Below are positions 50,401-62,271 of a stretch of 64,000 bases of DNA, piece by piece. A program made the translations under genes and the position numbers. Positions within the stretch are counted from its first letter, which is position 1. Each line of letters opens with the position of its first letter. This DNA comes from Nitrospira sp. (GTDB lineage: Bacteria > Nitrospirota > Nitrospiria > Nitrospirales > Nitrospiraceae), in the NCBI GenBank assembly GCA_023248215.1, contig JAHFEW010000008.1:723-64722 (forward strand). Direction: 5' to 3'. The notes beneath the pieces are model-generated. The model was not told the DNA's origin. It made no database searches and saw nothing but the letters and a program-made list of their open reading frames with translations.

Positions 50401-51631
50401 CCCACACTTCAGGCCGCTCCTTTTCCACCAAGCGCTTGGCGCTCTTGATGGTCGTGGCCGCGCCCCGCTCTTCGAGCTTATGGAAGATAAACGGCTTGAA
50501 CAATTCCAATGCCATCTTCTTGGGCAACCCGCACTGATGCAGACGCAATTCTGGTCCGACGACGATCACGGTCCGACCTGAGTAGTCAACGCGCTTCCCT
50601 AAAAGATTCTGTCGGAACCTCCCCTGTTTCCCCTTGAGCATATCGCTCAACGACTTTAGTGGACGCTTGTTCGGCCCACGAATTGCCCGGCCGCGACGGC
50701 CGTTGTCGAATAGCGCGTCCACGGCCTCCTGCAACATACGCATTTCGTTGCGGATGATGACACCGGGAGCTTTCAGCTCAATCAGGCGCTTCAATCGGTT
50801 GTTCCGATTGATCACCCGACGATAGAGGTCGTTGAGATCTGAGGTTGCAAAGCGGCCCCCGTCCAATGGCACAAGCGGGCGGAGTTCCGGAGGCAACACC
50901 GGGATGACATCCATAATCATCCACTCCGGCTTGTTACCGGAACGGCGGAACGCCTCTAGGACTTTCAAACGCTTGGCATACTTTTTCTTCAGCGCAGCCG
51001 ATGCGGAAGCTTTTGCCTTCACATGCAGTTCATCCCACTGCGTATTGATATCGACTTTTCGAAGCAACTCGCGAATAGCCTCAGCGCCGATCCCGACCTT
51101 GAACGCACCGCTGCCGTACTCGGACTGCAAGGAGCGCAGCTTTTCTTCCGTTACGAGCTCCTGCTCGCTCATGCTCGTGGAACCCGGGTCGACCATGACG
51201 TAGCTCTCGAAATAGAGAATCTTCTCGAGCTGCTTGAGGCTCATGTCCAGCAGCGTTCCGATCCGACTCGGTACACCCTTGAGAAACCAGATATGCGCAA
51301 CCGGCGCCGCCAGCTCAATGTGCCCCATCCGTTCTCGGCGCACCTTCGACTGAATCACTTCGACACCGCACTTGTCGCAGACGATGCCGCGGTGCTTCAT
51401 CCGCTTATATTTGCCGCAATTGCACTCCCAGTCCTTGATCGGACCGAAAATCTTGGCGCAGAACAAACCGTCTTTTTCAGGTTTGAAGGATCGGTAATTG
51501 ATTGTTTCTGGCTTCTTGACCTCGCCATATGACCACGACCGGATTTTTTCGGGCGACGCAATGCGAATCCGCATCGAGTCGAACGACACCGAGTCACGCG
51601 GTTTTTCGAATAATGTGTATACACCTTCCAA
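47444..51631 (-). CDS. rpoC: DNA-directed RNA polymerase beta' subunit
   Basis: 1395 aa. Zinc-binding [20 protein letters not shown] and catalytic NADFDGD are present. Confidence 0.97.
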   Translation of the reverse strand: MEGVYTLFEKPRDSVSFDSMRIRIASPEKIRSWSYGEVKKPETINYRSFKPEKDGLFCAKIFGPIKDWECNCGKYKRMKHRGIVCDKCGVEVIQSKVRRERMGHIELAAPVAHIWFLKGVPSRIGTLLDMSLKQLEKILYFESYVMVDPGSTSMSEQELVTEEKLRSLQSEYGSGAFKVGIGAEAIRELLRKVDINTQWDELHVKAKASASAALKKKYAKRLKVLEAFRRSGNKPEWMIMDVIPVLPPELRPLVPLDGGRFATSDLNDLYRRVINRNNRLKRLIELKAPGVIIRNEMRMLQEAVDALFDNGRRGRAIRGPNKRPLKSLSDMLKGKQGRFRQNLLGKRVDYSGRTVIVVGPELRLHQCGLPKKMALELFKPFIFHKLEERGAATTIKSAKRLVEKERPEVWDVLDEVIREHPVLLNRAPTLHRLGIQAFDPVLVEGKAIRLHPLVCAAFNADFDGDQMAVHVPLSVEAQVEARVLMMSINNILSPANGKPIAVPSQDMVLGCYWLTKERVGAKGEGKLFGSPEEARIAYDAGALDEHARIKVRCNGAMIQTTAGRVILAEILPSMMPFADANKLMTKKEMSKLIDAVYRQAGHRETVTFLDKIKDLGFHYATRAGMSICIDNMHIPSRKEDLIGKAQHEVNEIEKQYSEGLITNGERYNKVIDIWAHVTEQVANEMMRELGAGGDPAKAESFNPIFMMADSGARGSSQQIRQLGGMRGLMAKPSGEIIETPITANFREGLTVLQYFISTHGARKGLADTALKTANSGYLTRRLVDIAQDVIVTEEDCGTTDGILVSALLEGGEIIQPLEERLLGRLAGEDIRDPVTGEIIVSFNEEIDEEQAKAVVEAGVDRVKIRSVLTCQSPRGVCRLCYGRDLSRGRLVEKGEPVGVIAAQSIGEPGTQLTMRTFHIGGTASKVVEQTVLEAKHAGHLKFMSLDAKKNADVHNAGIAVRNKEGEWVVMNRNAKIAIVDDSGREREKYPVVYGAKIKVKDGDRIEVGQKLVEWDPYSLTILTETGGKVAYGDILEGVTMKEEFDEVTGLSRKVIIEQSGATLRPRVSIKDDSGKTAKVSGAGTPVARYLLPVGAHIFVEKGAMVHPGDVLAKIPRETTKTKDITGGLPRVAELFEARKPKEQAVISEIDGEVSYGGFVKGMRKVLVDNKMGDVKEYFIPKGKHVNVHEGDWVRAGEPLMDGSANPHDILDVLGPKELQKYLVDEVQDVYRLQGVSINDKHIEIIVRQMLRKVRIEDPGDTSFLPGSQVSKGLFDVENQRVLDKDGKPALGKPVLLGITKAALTTDSFISAASFQETTRVLTEAAINGREDNLLGLKENVIVGRLIPAGSGFEEYRETFVASAKSVGELPGSQAQPVAVGQTPVVSTGSASENNE

Positions 51632-51715
51632 GGTTGATCCCTCCTTAACGGTCGCCTGAGCGCAGTTCTGAGTGGTGAGCTAATCCGTATACGGCATGAC
51701 GACTCAGCACTAGAA

Positions 51716-55675
<3,960 letters not shown>

Positions 55676-55757
55676 TCGTTAGCCCTCCAAGCTCATAAGG
55701 AGATGAACGCCTCGCGCCATCCCACCGGACAACCCCGCACCGCAGATCACCGAGCGA

Positions 55758-56159
55758 TTACTTGATTTCGACTTTCGCTCCGCTCTCTTCGAGCTTCTTC
55801 TTCATGGTGTCGGATTCTTCCTTAGTGACACCGGCCTTGACGGGCTTCGGAGCGCCTTCGACCAAGTCCTTCGCTTCCTTGAGTCCGAGGCTGGTGAGCT
55901 CGCGCACCACCTTGATGACCTGGATCTTCTTCTCGGCCGGAGCACTGACCAAAATCACGTCGAACGATGTCTTTTCCTCTGCCGGTGCCGCCGCCGCTCC
56001 ACCGCCGGCCGGTGCCGCCATAGCCATCGGAGCCGCTGCCGTTACGCCAAAACGTGTCTCCAGCCCCTTGACCAGATCGGCCAATTCCAACACGCTCATA
56101 CCTTCGATTGCCTTGATCAATTCATCTTGTGACAATTTAGTTCCTGCTGCTGCTGACAT
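55758..56159 (-). CDS. rplL: 50S ribosomal protein L7/L12 (internal initiation site within the fused ORF)
   Basis: The ATG at 56159 is preceded by AAAGGGGAGG with a 5-nt spacer. The 133-aa product [39 protein letters not shown]...[41 protein letters not shown] is full-length L7/L12. Confidence 0.9.
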   Translation of the reverse strand: MSAAAGTKLSQDELIKAIEGMSVLELADLVKGLETRFGVTAAAPMAMAAPAGGGAAAAPAEEKTSFDVILVSAPAEKKIQVIKVVRELTSLGLKEAKDLVEGAPKPVKAGVTKEESDTMKKKLEESGAKVEIK

Positions 56160-56693
56160 GTCGCCCTCCCCTTTCTTTTTATCCTGAATGGCTGCAATGA
56201 CTCGCACGAACTTGCTCAATACTCCGCTCAACGCATACACCACGCCGCGAATCGGACCCTGCATGGCCGATAGCAGCATCGCAATCAGCACTTCCCTCTT
56301 GGGTAACTGCGCAATCGCCGCGAGATCCGCAGCCTGCACCAGCTTGCCCTCCAACACCCCGATCGTTATCTTGATCTTTTCTGTGCGCTTTTCGGCTTGA
56401 ATAAAATCCCGCAAGATTTTCGCCGGGAGAACCGGATCATCGTAGCCGATCACCAAACCGGTCGGTCCCTTGAAATGCGGTTTCGCATCGGCGAGGATCG
56501 TACCGGCCGACGCGCGGACGGCCAGGGTATTCTTGATCACGCAATACTCGGCCTTGGCGCCGCGCAACTGCCTACGCAACTCGGTCATCTGATTTACGGG
56601 CATTCCGGCGCACTCCGTCAGAATAGCCAAGCGGGCGCGACCGAATTTTTCCGTCAACTCCGCGATCGCTGTTGCCTTCTCTTCTTTCTTCAT
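55758..56693 (-). CDS. rplJ: 50S ribosomal protein L10 ORF with no stop codon of its own, continuing in frame through L7/L12 (311-aa L10-L7/L12 fusion ORF)
   Basis: aa 1-178 are L10-like ([44 protein letters not shown]...). aa 179-311 are L7/L12. The junction on the minus strand reads ATT CAG GAT AAA AAG AAA GGG GAG GGC GAC ATG TCA GCA with no in-frame stop. Confidence 0.75.
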   Translation of the reverse strand: MKKEEKATAIAELTEKFGRARLAILTECAGMPVNQMTELRRQLRGAKAEYCVIKNTLAVRASAGTILADAKPHFKGPTGLVIGYDDPVLPAKILRDFIQAEKRTEKIKITIGVLEGKLVQAADLAAIAQLPKREVLIAMLLSAMQGPIRGVVYALSGVLSKFVRVIAAIQDKKKGEGDMSAAAGTKLSQDELIKAIEGMSVLELADLVKGLETRFGVTAAAPMAMAAPAGGGAAAAPAEEKTSFDVILVSAPAEKKIQVIKVVRELTSLGLKEAKDLVEGAPKPVKAGVTKEESDTMKKKLEESGAKVEIK

Positions 56694-56724
56694 GCCTTTC
56701 CCCTTACTGAGAACCTGTCTGTTC

Positions 56725-57417
56725 TCAACTCCACAACTTCGACAAGGCCACGGGATCCAGCTTCACGCCCGGCCCCATGGTGCTCGACATCGTCACACTC
56801 TTGAGATACCGGCCCTTACAGGAGGACGGCTTCGCTTTCACCACGGACTCCAATACCGCATGGGCATTGTCGTACAGCTTCTGGGCATCAAACGACACCT
56901 TACCAACCGGCACCTGCACGATCCCCGCTTTTTCGACCTTAAACTCGACACGCCCCTTGCGGATCTCACTCACGGCCTTGCCCACCTCGAACGTCACCGT
57001 GCCTGTTTTCGGATTGGGCATGAGGCCGCGGGGACCCAGCACTTTCCCGAGCTTGCCGACAGACGCCATGAGATCGGGTGTGGAAATCGCACAATCGAAC
57101 TCCATCCACCCGCCCTTGATTTTTTCCATCAGGTCATCCGACCCTACGAAATCCGCTCCTGCCTGCCGAGCCTCTTGCTCCTTCTCGCCTTTCGCGAACA
57201 CGAGGACGCGGAGTTTCTTACCAGTTCCGTGCGGCAATGCGGTGGTGCCGCGCACCATTTGATCCGACCGCTTCGGATCGATGCCCAGTCGAATCGCCAG
57301 ATCGACGGATTCATCGTACTTGGCGAAAGCCGCCTGCTTGACGGCCTCGACCGCCTCTTTCAGTCCATAAAATCTGGGCTCGATCTTTTCCTGAGCCGCG
57401 GTCATCTTCTTTCCCAT
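56725..57417 (-). CDS. rplA: 50S ribosomal protein L1
   Basis: 230 aa. ...[33 protein letters not shown]. Confidence 0.95.
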   Translation of the reverse strand: MGKKMTAAQEKIEPRFYGLKEAVEAVKQAAFAKYDESVDLAIRLGIDPKRSDQMVRGTTALPHGTGKKLRVLVFAKGEKEQEARQAGADFVGSDDLMEKIKGGWMEFDCAISTPDLMASVGKLGKVLGPRGLMPNPKTGTVTFEVGKAVSEIRKGRVEFKVEKAGIVQVPVGKVSFDAQKLYDNAHAVLESVVKAKPSSCKGRYLKSVTMSSTMGPGVKLDPVALSKLWS

Positions 57418-57461
57418 ACTGCTACTCCTTCACATCCGCCGGAGGTTCACTCTGCAAAGAC

Positions 57462-57884
57462 TTACTGGACGGTGATGCCCATACTGCGCGCGGTTCCCTG
57501 AATGATCTTGATGGCGCCTTCAAGATCAGCCGCATTCAGGTCGGACAATTTCTTTTGCGCGATCTCGCGGACTTGGGCCTGGCTGACCTTCCCCACCTTG
57601 TCCTTATGCGGCACCCCAGAGCCCTTGATGATGCCGGCGGCCTTCTTGAGCAAGTCGGAGGCCGGAGGCGTCTTCATGATGAAGGTAAAGCTACGGTCCT
57701 TATAGACCGTAATGATCACCGGGATGATGCTATCCCCGTCCTTCTGCGTTTTCGCATTGAACTGCTTGCAGAATTCCATGATATTCACGCCGTGTTGCCC
57801 CAACGACGGACCAACAGGCGGCGCAGGGTTGGCTTTGCCAGCCGGAATCTGCAATTTAATCTGTGCTGATACTTCCTTAGCCAT
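57462..57884 (-). CDS. rplK: 50S ribosomal protein L11
   Basis: [43 protein letters not shown]. Confidence 0.95.
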   Translation of the reverse strand: MAKEVSAQIKLQIPAGKANPAPPVGPSLGQHGVNIMEFCKQFNAKTQKDGDSIIPVIITVYKDRSFTFIMKTPPASDLLKKAAGIIKGSGVPHKDKVGKVSQAQVREIAQKKLSDLNAADLEGAIKIIQGTARSMGITVQ

Positions 57885-57962
57885 GAGTTACTCCCTGAGA
57901 ACTGCGGACTGAGCGCGCAGGCTGAGAGCGACTCTCAGTCCAGCATCGCTAATCCAGTGACC

Positions 57963-58505
57963 TCAAATACGCTCGACCTGCAAGAATCCAAGTTCGACCG
58001 GCGTGGACCGGCCAAAAATACTCACGAAGACTTTCACGCGACTATGGTCGGCATCCACGTCATCCACTGCGCCGTTGAAGCCTAGGAACGGACCGTCCAC
58101 AATTCGGACATTGTCACCCTTAATAAACCGAACCTGCTCGCGCGGCCCTGCCGCACCGGCGTCCACCTGCTTCAGCAAGGAATCGACTTCTTCGGATGAA
58201 AGCGGCGTCGGTTGAGCCCCCCCGCCGACGAACCCCGTCACCTTGGGAGTTTCCTTGATCATCTGCAAGGTTTCGTCGGCCAGCGGCGATTCCAACTCAA
58301 TCAGGACATAACCCGGGAAGAATTTGCGACGGGAGGTCCGTCGCTTGCCGTCCTTGATTTCAATCACATCTTCCGTCGGAACCAAGACCTGCCCAAGTCG
58401 CTCGGTGAGCCCCATTTGATTTGCGCGCTCAAGGAGACTGGTCTTCACGCGGCCCTCAAACCCGGCGTAGGTATGGATGACGTACCAGTTCTTATTGCTC
58501 ATCAT
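57963..58505 (-). CDS. nusG: Transcription termination/antitermination factor NusG
   Basis: 180 aa. WYVIHTYAGFEGRVK NGN domain and a C-terminal KOW domain (GDNVRIVDGPFLGFNGAV). Confidence 0.95.
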   Translation of the reverse strand: MMSNKNWYVIHTYAGFEGRVKTSLLERANQMGLTERLGQVLVPTEDVIEIKDGKRRTSRRKFFPGYVLIELESPLADETLQMIKETPKVTGFVGGGAQPTPLSSEEVDSLLKQVDAGAAGPREQVRFIKGDNVRIVDGPFLGFNGAVDDVDADHSRVKVFVSIFGRSTPVELGFLQVERI

Positions 58506-58575
58506 CTCCTCTCAGCTGAACATCCAGCATCGTATCGTCCTGGCAATGCCGGACCTGTACAGCCGCACGTCGCAA

Positions 58576-58770
58576 CTAAATGACCTTGCGCATCAGCCAG
58601 CCAAGCACGGAATCCATCATAGAGAGATACAGGGACATGAGGACGCAGAATACAATCACGACCGTGGTGGCGCCGATCGTTTCCGTCTTCGTCGGAAACG
58701 ACACCTTTTTCAGTTCGCCGCGAACGCCGTCGATGAATTCCCGAATAGAAGCGGTCAATCGCTGAAACAC
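58576..58770 (-). CDS. secE: Preprotein translocase subunit SecE
   Basis: 64 aa. IREFIDGVRGELKKVSFPTKTETIGATTVVIVFCVLMSLYL. It lies upstream of nusG. Confidence 0.85.
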   Translation of the reverse strand: MFQRLTASIREFIDGVRGELKKVSFPTKTETIGATTVVIVFCVLMSLYLSMMDSVLGWLMRKVI

Positions 58771-58926
58771 GGTTACAATCCTCTCGTGGAACTTTCCAGA
58801 TACTTCGTCTACGCTAACCCATCGTTTAGGGTCGCATCATTGGAAAAGGCAATCTGACAAGCACAGAGCACCCTCCCGACCCACGACGCCAAAATCAAAC
58901 ACTGGGTCGATCATGCGCGCTCGGCT

Positions 58927-59001
58927 TGGCAGGGGCACTAGGATTTGAACCTAGACTCTCGGTTTTGGAGACCGATGTGCTGCCGTTGACACCATGCCCC
59001 T
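58927..59001 (-). tRNA. tRNA-Trp (anticodon CCA), 3' CCA encoded
   Basis: The minus strand folds as a cloverleaf. Acceptor stem AGGGGCA/TGCCCCT, anticodon stem TCGGT/ACCGA, loop CTCCAAA, T arm CTAGG-TTCAAAT-CCTAG. Confidence 0.9.
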
Positions 59002-59061
59002 CCATTCGGAACATGAGCGCTGCCGAGCCAAGGTCACAGCCCCCACCCAGCACGAAAGACT

Positions 59062-59211
59062 TTACTTCACTTCCTTATGGGCGATGTGCTTCCGGCAAAA
59101 CTTACAGAACTTGTTCCGCTCCAAACGATCCGGATCGTTTTTCTTATTTTTGCGGGTCGTATAGTTTCGCTGCTTGCAGACCGTACAGGCCAAGTCGATG
59201 ATGTCTCGCAT
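59062..59211 (-). CDS. rpmG: 50S ribosomal protein L33
   Basis: Too short for the ORF track. The minus-strand translation is [49 protein letters not shown] followed by TAA. Confidence 0.9.
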   Translation of the reverse strand: MRDIIDLACTVCKQRNYTTRKNKKNDPDRLERNKFCKFCRKHIAHKEVK

Positions 59212-59295
59212 TTCGTATCCCGTGAAGCGTGCAACGTGAAGCGCGAGGAAACAGTTACCTCCGCGCTCGAAACGCCTGACGCCTAACGCCTCCCT

Positions 59296-60501
59296 CTACG
59301 CTAGAATTTCAGTGACGACGCCCGAGCCGACGGTTTTACCGCCCTCACGCACCGCAAAGCGCAACCCCTGATCCATGGCGATCGGGCTGATCAACTCGCC
59401 CGTCACCGTCACATTGTCCCCCGGCATCACCATCTCCACCCCCGGCGTCAGCGTCACGATGCCCGTCACGTCCGTCGTCCGGAAGTAGAACTGCGGCCGG
59501 TACCCGTTGAAGAACGGCGTATGCCGCCCGCCCTCTTCCTTCGTTAACACATAGATCTCTGCCTTGAACTTCGTGTGCGGCGTAATGCTCTTGGGCTTCG
59601 CCAGCACCATCCCGCGCTCCACATCTTCTTTCTTCGTTCCGCGCAGCAACACCCCGATGTTATCGCCCGCCTGCCCTTCGTCGAGCACCTTGCGGAACAT
59701 TTCCACGCCGGTCACGATGGTCGTCTGCGTCGGCTTCAACCCGACGATTTCGATTTCGTCACCCACCTTCACGATGCCCCGCTCGCAGCGGCCCGTTACG
59801 ACCGTGCCGCGCCCGCTGATCGTGAACACGTCTTCGATCGGCATCAAGAATGGCTTATCGATGGCCCGGGTCGGCGTCGGAATATAGGTGTCGACGGCCT
59901 CCAACAACTTCAGAATGGACGGCACGCCCAACGGCCCCTGATCCCCTTCGATCGCCTTCAAGGCCGAACCCTGAATGATGGGAATCTTATCGCCCGGGAA
60001 CTCATACTTGGTCAGCAATTCCCGCACTTCCAACTCGACCAACTCCAACAATTCCTTGTCATCGACCTTGTCCGCCTTGTTCAGAAACACAACAATGTAG
60101 GGGACGCCGACTTGGCGCGCCAACAAAATGTGCTCCCGGGTCTGCGGCATGGGCCCGTCGGCCGCGCTCACGACCAGGATCGCCCCGTCCATCTGCGCGG
60201 CGCCGGTAATCATGTTCTTCACATAGTCGGCGTGGCCCGGGCAGTCAACGTGCGCATAGTGCCGGTTGTCGGTCTCGTATTCCACGTGGCTGATGGCAAT
60301 GGTCATGATCTTACTGGCATCCCGGCGCCCCTGACTCTCGCTCGCCTTCGCCACTTCGTCGTAGCTGATAAACTTCGCCATGCCCTTGTCCGAGCAGATC
60401 TTGGTCAGGGCACTCGTCAGCGTCGTCTTTCCATGGTCCACGTGCCCGATCGTCCCGATGTTCACGTGGGGCTTTCGTCGCTCAAATTTCGCCTTCGCCA
60501 T
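59296..60501 (-). CDS. tuf: Elongation factor Tu, copy 2 (tRNA-tuf operon)
   Basis: The protein is identical to copy 1. The nucleotide identity appears to start at the stop codon and end at the ATG, with flanks differing at the first base outside on both sides. Confidence 0.97.
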   Translation of the reverse strand: MAKAKFERRKPHVNIGTIGHVDHGKTTLTSALTKICSDKGMAKFISYDEVAKASESQGRRDASKIMTIAISHVEYETDNRHYAHVDCPGHADYVKNMITGAAQMDGAILVVSAADGPMPQTREHILLARQVGVPYIVVFLNKADKVDDKELLELVELEVRELLTKYEFPGDKIPIIQGSALKAIEGDQGPLGVPSILKLLEAVDTYIPTPTRAIDKPFLMPIEDVFTISGRGTVVTGRCERGIVKVGDEIEIVGLKPTQTTIVTGVEMFRKVLDEGQAGDNIGVLLRGTKKEDVERGMVLAKPKSITPHTKFKAEIYVLTKEEGGRHTPFFNGYRPQFYFRTTDVTGIVTLTPGVEMVMPGDNVTVTGELISPIAMDQGLRFAVREGGKTVGSGVVTEILA

Positions 60502-60600
60502 GATTCACTCCTTTTCTCAGAACACTGTTTTCTCGAAACACTGATTGCATGCTTAGGCCGCCCACCGGCAGAAGGGCCTCAGTCGGCTTAAGCTATGGCA

Positions 60601-60676
60601 TGGAGCCCACGACGCGAATCGAACGCGTGACCTCGTCCTTACCAAGGACGTGCTCTGCCAACTGAGCTACGTGGGC
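60601..60676 (-). tRNA. tRNA-Thr (anticodon GGT), 3' CCA encoded
   Basis: Acceptor stem GCCCACG/CGTGGGC, anticodon stem CGTCC/GGACG, loop TTGGTAA, T arm ACGCG-TTCGATT-CGCGT. Confidence 0.9.
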
Positions 60677-60745
60677 CTTCAATTCACGATCTTTATCCGC
60701 TCGCGCACCCTCTGTGACACCACACGTGATCGAATGCGCTCGATT

Positions 60746-60820
60746 TGGAGCGGGCGATGGGATTTGAACCCACGACAGCCAGCTTGGAAGGCTGGAACTC
60801 TACCACTGAGCTACGCCCGC
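60746..60820 (-). tRNA. tRNA-Gly (anticodon TCC), 3' CCA encoded
   Basis: Acceptor stem GCGGGCG/CGCCCGC, anticodon stem CCAGC/GCTGG, loop CTTCCAA, T arm GTGGG-TTCAAAT-CCCAT. Confidence 0.9.
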
Positions 60821-60947
60821 CCACGGTGAACCTACCAACACTTCATGACTTGCCGGCGATCTCCCGCCCGGAGCAAGCCTGCGCACCGCCACATCACATA
60901 CTTCACGATCATCATTCTGCACAGGCAGATTTAAACCGATTCAAGTT

Positions 60948-61033
60948 TGGTGGGCAGGCAAGGATTCGAACCTTGGAAGCCATAAGGCAGCAGATTTACA
61001 GTCTGCCCCCTTTGTCCACTTGGGTACCTGCCC
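60948..61033 (-). tRNA. tRNA-Tyr (anticodon GTA), long variable arm, 3' CCA encoded
   Basis: Acceptor stem GGGCAGG/CCTGCCC, anticodon stem GCAGA/TCTGC, loop CTGTAAA, a 14-nt variable arm, T arm CAAGG-TTCGAAT-CCTTG. Confidence 0.9.
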
Positions 61034-61213
61034 GTCTGTCACATCAAGTCCAACTCAAACAACGACCCTCTTTCCAGGCAAGTCTCTAACCGAAGCGATT
61101 TCATTCTTTGGATCGGAGAATGAAAGTAAGCCCCACCACCCACAGCTCCCCAGCAAAATGACAGGACTGGGGTGCTGATAAAATGAGGATTAACCTGGCT
61201 CTGAAAGCAGCCG

Positions 61214-61242
61214 ATTTTATTTGCGACGCGTTCCATTGTCAA
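61214..61242 (-). promoter_or_regulatory. Sigma-70-type promoter candidate for the tRNA-Tyr/Gly/Thr-tuf operon
   Basis: The minus strand reads TTGACA-N17-TAAAAT, about 180 nt upstream of tRNA-Tyr and just downstream of the 61270 stop codon. Confidence 0.5.
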
Positions 61243-61269
61243 GGGGGTATGTTCTATGCAGGAACAATT

Positions 61270-62205
61270 CTAATGAGAGACAGGAGCAGGGCAGGTCCCA
61301 CGAACGCTGGAAACAGGACTAGTACGATTTACCACCCGACCGGCCTGACGAATCAATTCAGATGGGCTGCCCAACACGTCCTTCATCAGAACGGTCAGCT
61401 CTGGCGCTGAGAGTCGAAATTCAGGCGCCAAAAATCGCTTCCGTGCCATGAGCTTTTCACTTGGGTCTTCAGGCTCGTAATAGCCCTTCAAGGTCGCATC
61501 CTTCTCTGCCTGTTCCAGCCGCTTGATCCACCCAGGCATGTTGAGAGATTTGCTGGACGGCCGGAGTTCACGCCCCTTCTTCTCATCCAACTCCAGCTGC
61601 GTCCACACGGCCCATCCAACAAACACGGCCCACGTCTCATTCAGAGCTTCCCACGATTCCGTTTCACTGAGAAACCGCTCTTCTTTCAGCTCTTTCTTTT
61701 GAAGCACCGGCGTGATGAGCACCTGTTGATAGCGACAGCGTTGCTGCTCGCGAGCAAACGTCATCAATGAGGCACGCGCCTCTGTCGGCACGCTCTCCTG
61801 CTCGAGAAAATCCATATAGGCGTGAAACAGTTCGTGATACAGCGTTTCCAATTCCTTGTGGGTCAACCGTCCCAGTGGCCGTAATGTTCCCCCCGCCGCA
61901 TTCAGGGAGAGCGATCGGTCCAATACCATGCGATGGTCCTTGGGATGGTACTCCGCGGCAAACGCGTGCAAATCCTCAAACTCGAACGTCACGAACTGCG
62001 CAGGAATCTCCTCAAGGAACCGTGTCGGGAGGGTGAGTGTCTTCGCCTCCGACACCAATGCCAGCCAGAGTCGCGAGGCATCCGGAAGAGCCGTCGATGT
62101 ATCGGCCCTCGCCCGGTCGGACATCGTGAGCCCCAGCAACACCCCCGCCACTATCAAGACGGTCACTCCGCGCAGGCTACCGACATATGAATGCACGACA
62201 CGCAT
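61270..62205 (-). CDS. Secreted or membrane-anchored protein of unknown function with an HExxH motif (putative zinc metallopeptidase)
   Basis: 311 aa. N-terminal hydrophobic segment VTVLIVAGVLLGLTM followed by ARA. A single HELFH motif sits in LETLYHELFHAYMDF. I recognise no family. Confidence 0.5.
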   Translation of the reverse strand: MRVVHSYVGSLRGVTVLIVAGVLLGLTMSDRARADTSTALPDASRLWLALVSEAKTLTLPTRFLEEIPAQFVTFEFEDLHAFAAEYHPKDHRMVLDRSLSLNAAGGTLRPLGRLTHKELETLYHELFHAYMDFLEQESVPTEARASLMTFAREQQRCRYQQVLITPVLQKKELKEERFLSETESWEALNETWAVFVGWAVWTQLELDEKKGRELRPSSKSLNMPGWIKRLEQAEKDATLKGYYEPEDPSEKLMARKRFLAPEFRLSAPELTVLMKDVLGSPSELIRQAGRVVNRTSPVSSVRGTCPAPVSH

Positions 62206-62271
62206 GGTTGTACCGAGATGGACACCGGATCGTGGGAGACGGTCCTGAACTATGCGGCGAGAGCGATCGGT

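Noticed and set aside
59212-59295. An imperfect hairpin (GAGCGCGGAGG...CCTCGCGCTTC) between tuf copy 2 and rpmG as a terminator.
   Set aside because: The stem is bulged and no U tract follows. rpmG follows immediately, so read-through is likely.
60821-60947. The 127-nt spacer between tRNA-Gly and tRNA-Tyr as a possible degenerate fourth tRNA. E. coli has thrU-tyrU-glyT-thrT upstream of tufB.
   Set aside because: I could not fold a cloverleaf. There are no acceptor/T-arm pairings or a GTTCRA T-loop in a suitable context.
61039-61242. A 67-aa minus-strand ORF and two hairpins (CCCCAG-N13-CTGGGG; TTTCATTCT-N9-AGAATGAAA at 61099..61125) in the leader upstream of tRNA-Tyr.
   Set aside because: The ORF has no ribosome-binding site or recognisable sequence, and it overlaps the promoter candidate. 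The hairpins are short or AT-rich with no U tract. They are probably leader or processing structure, and the evidence is insufficient to call an sRNA.
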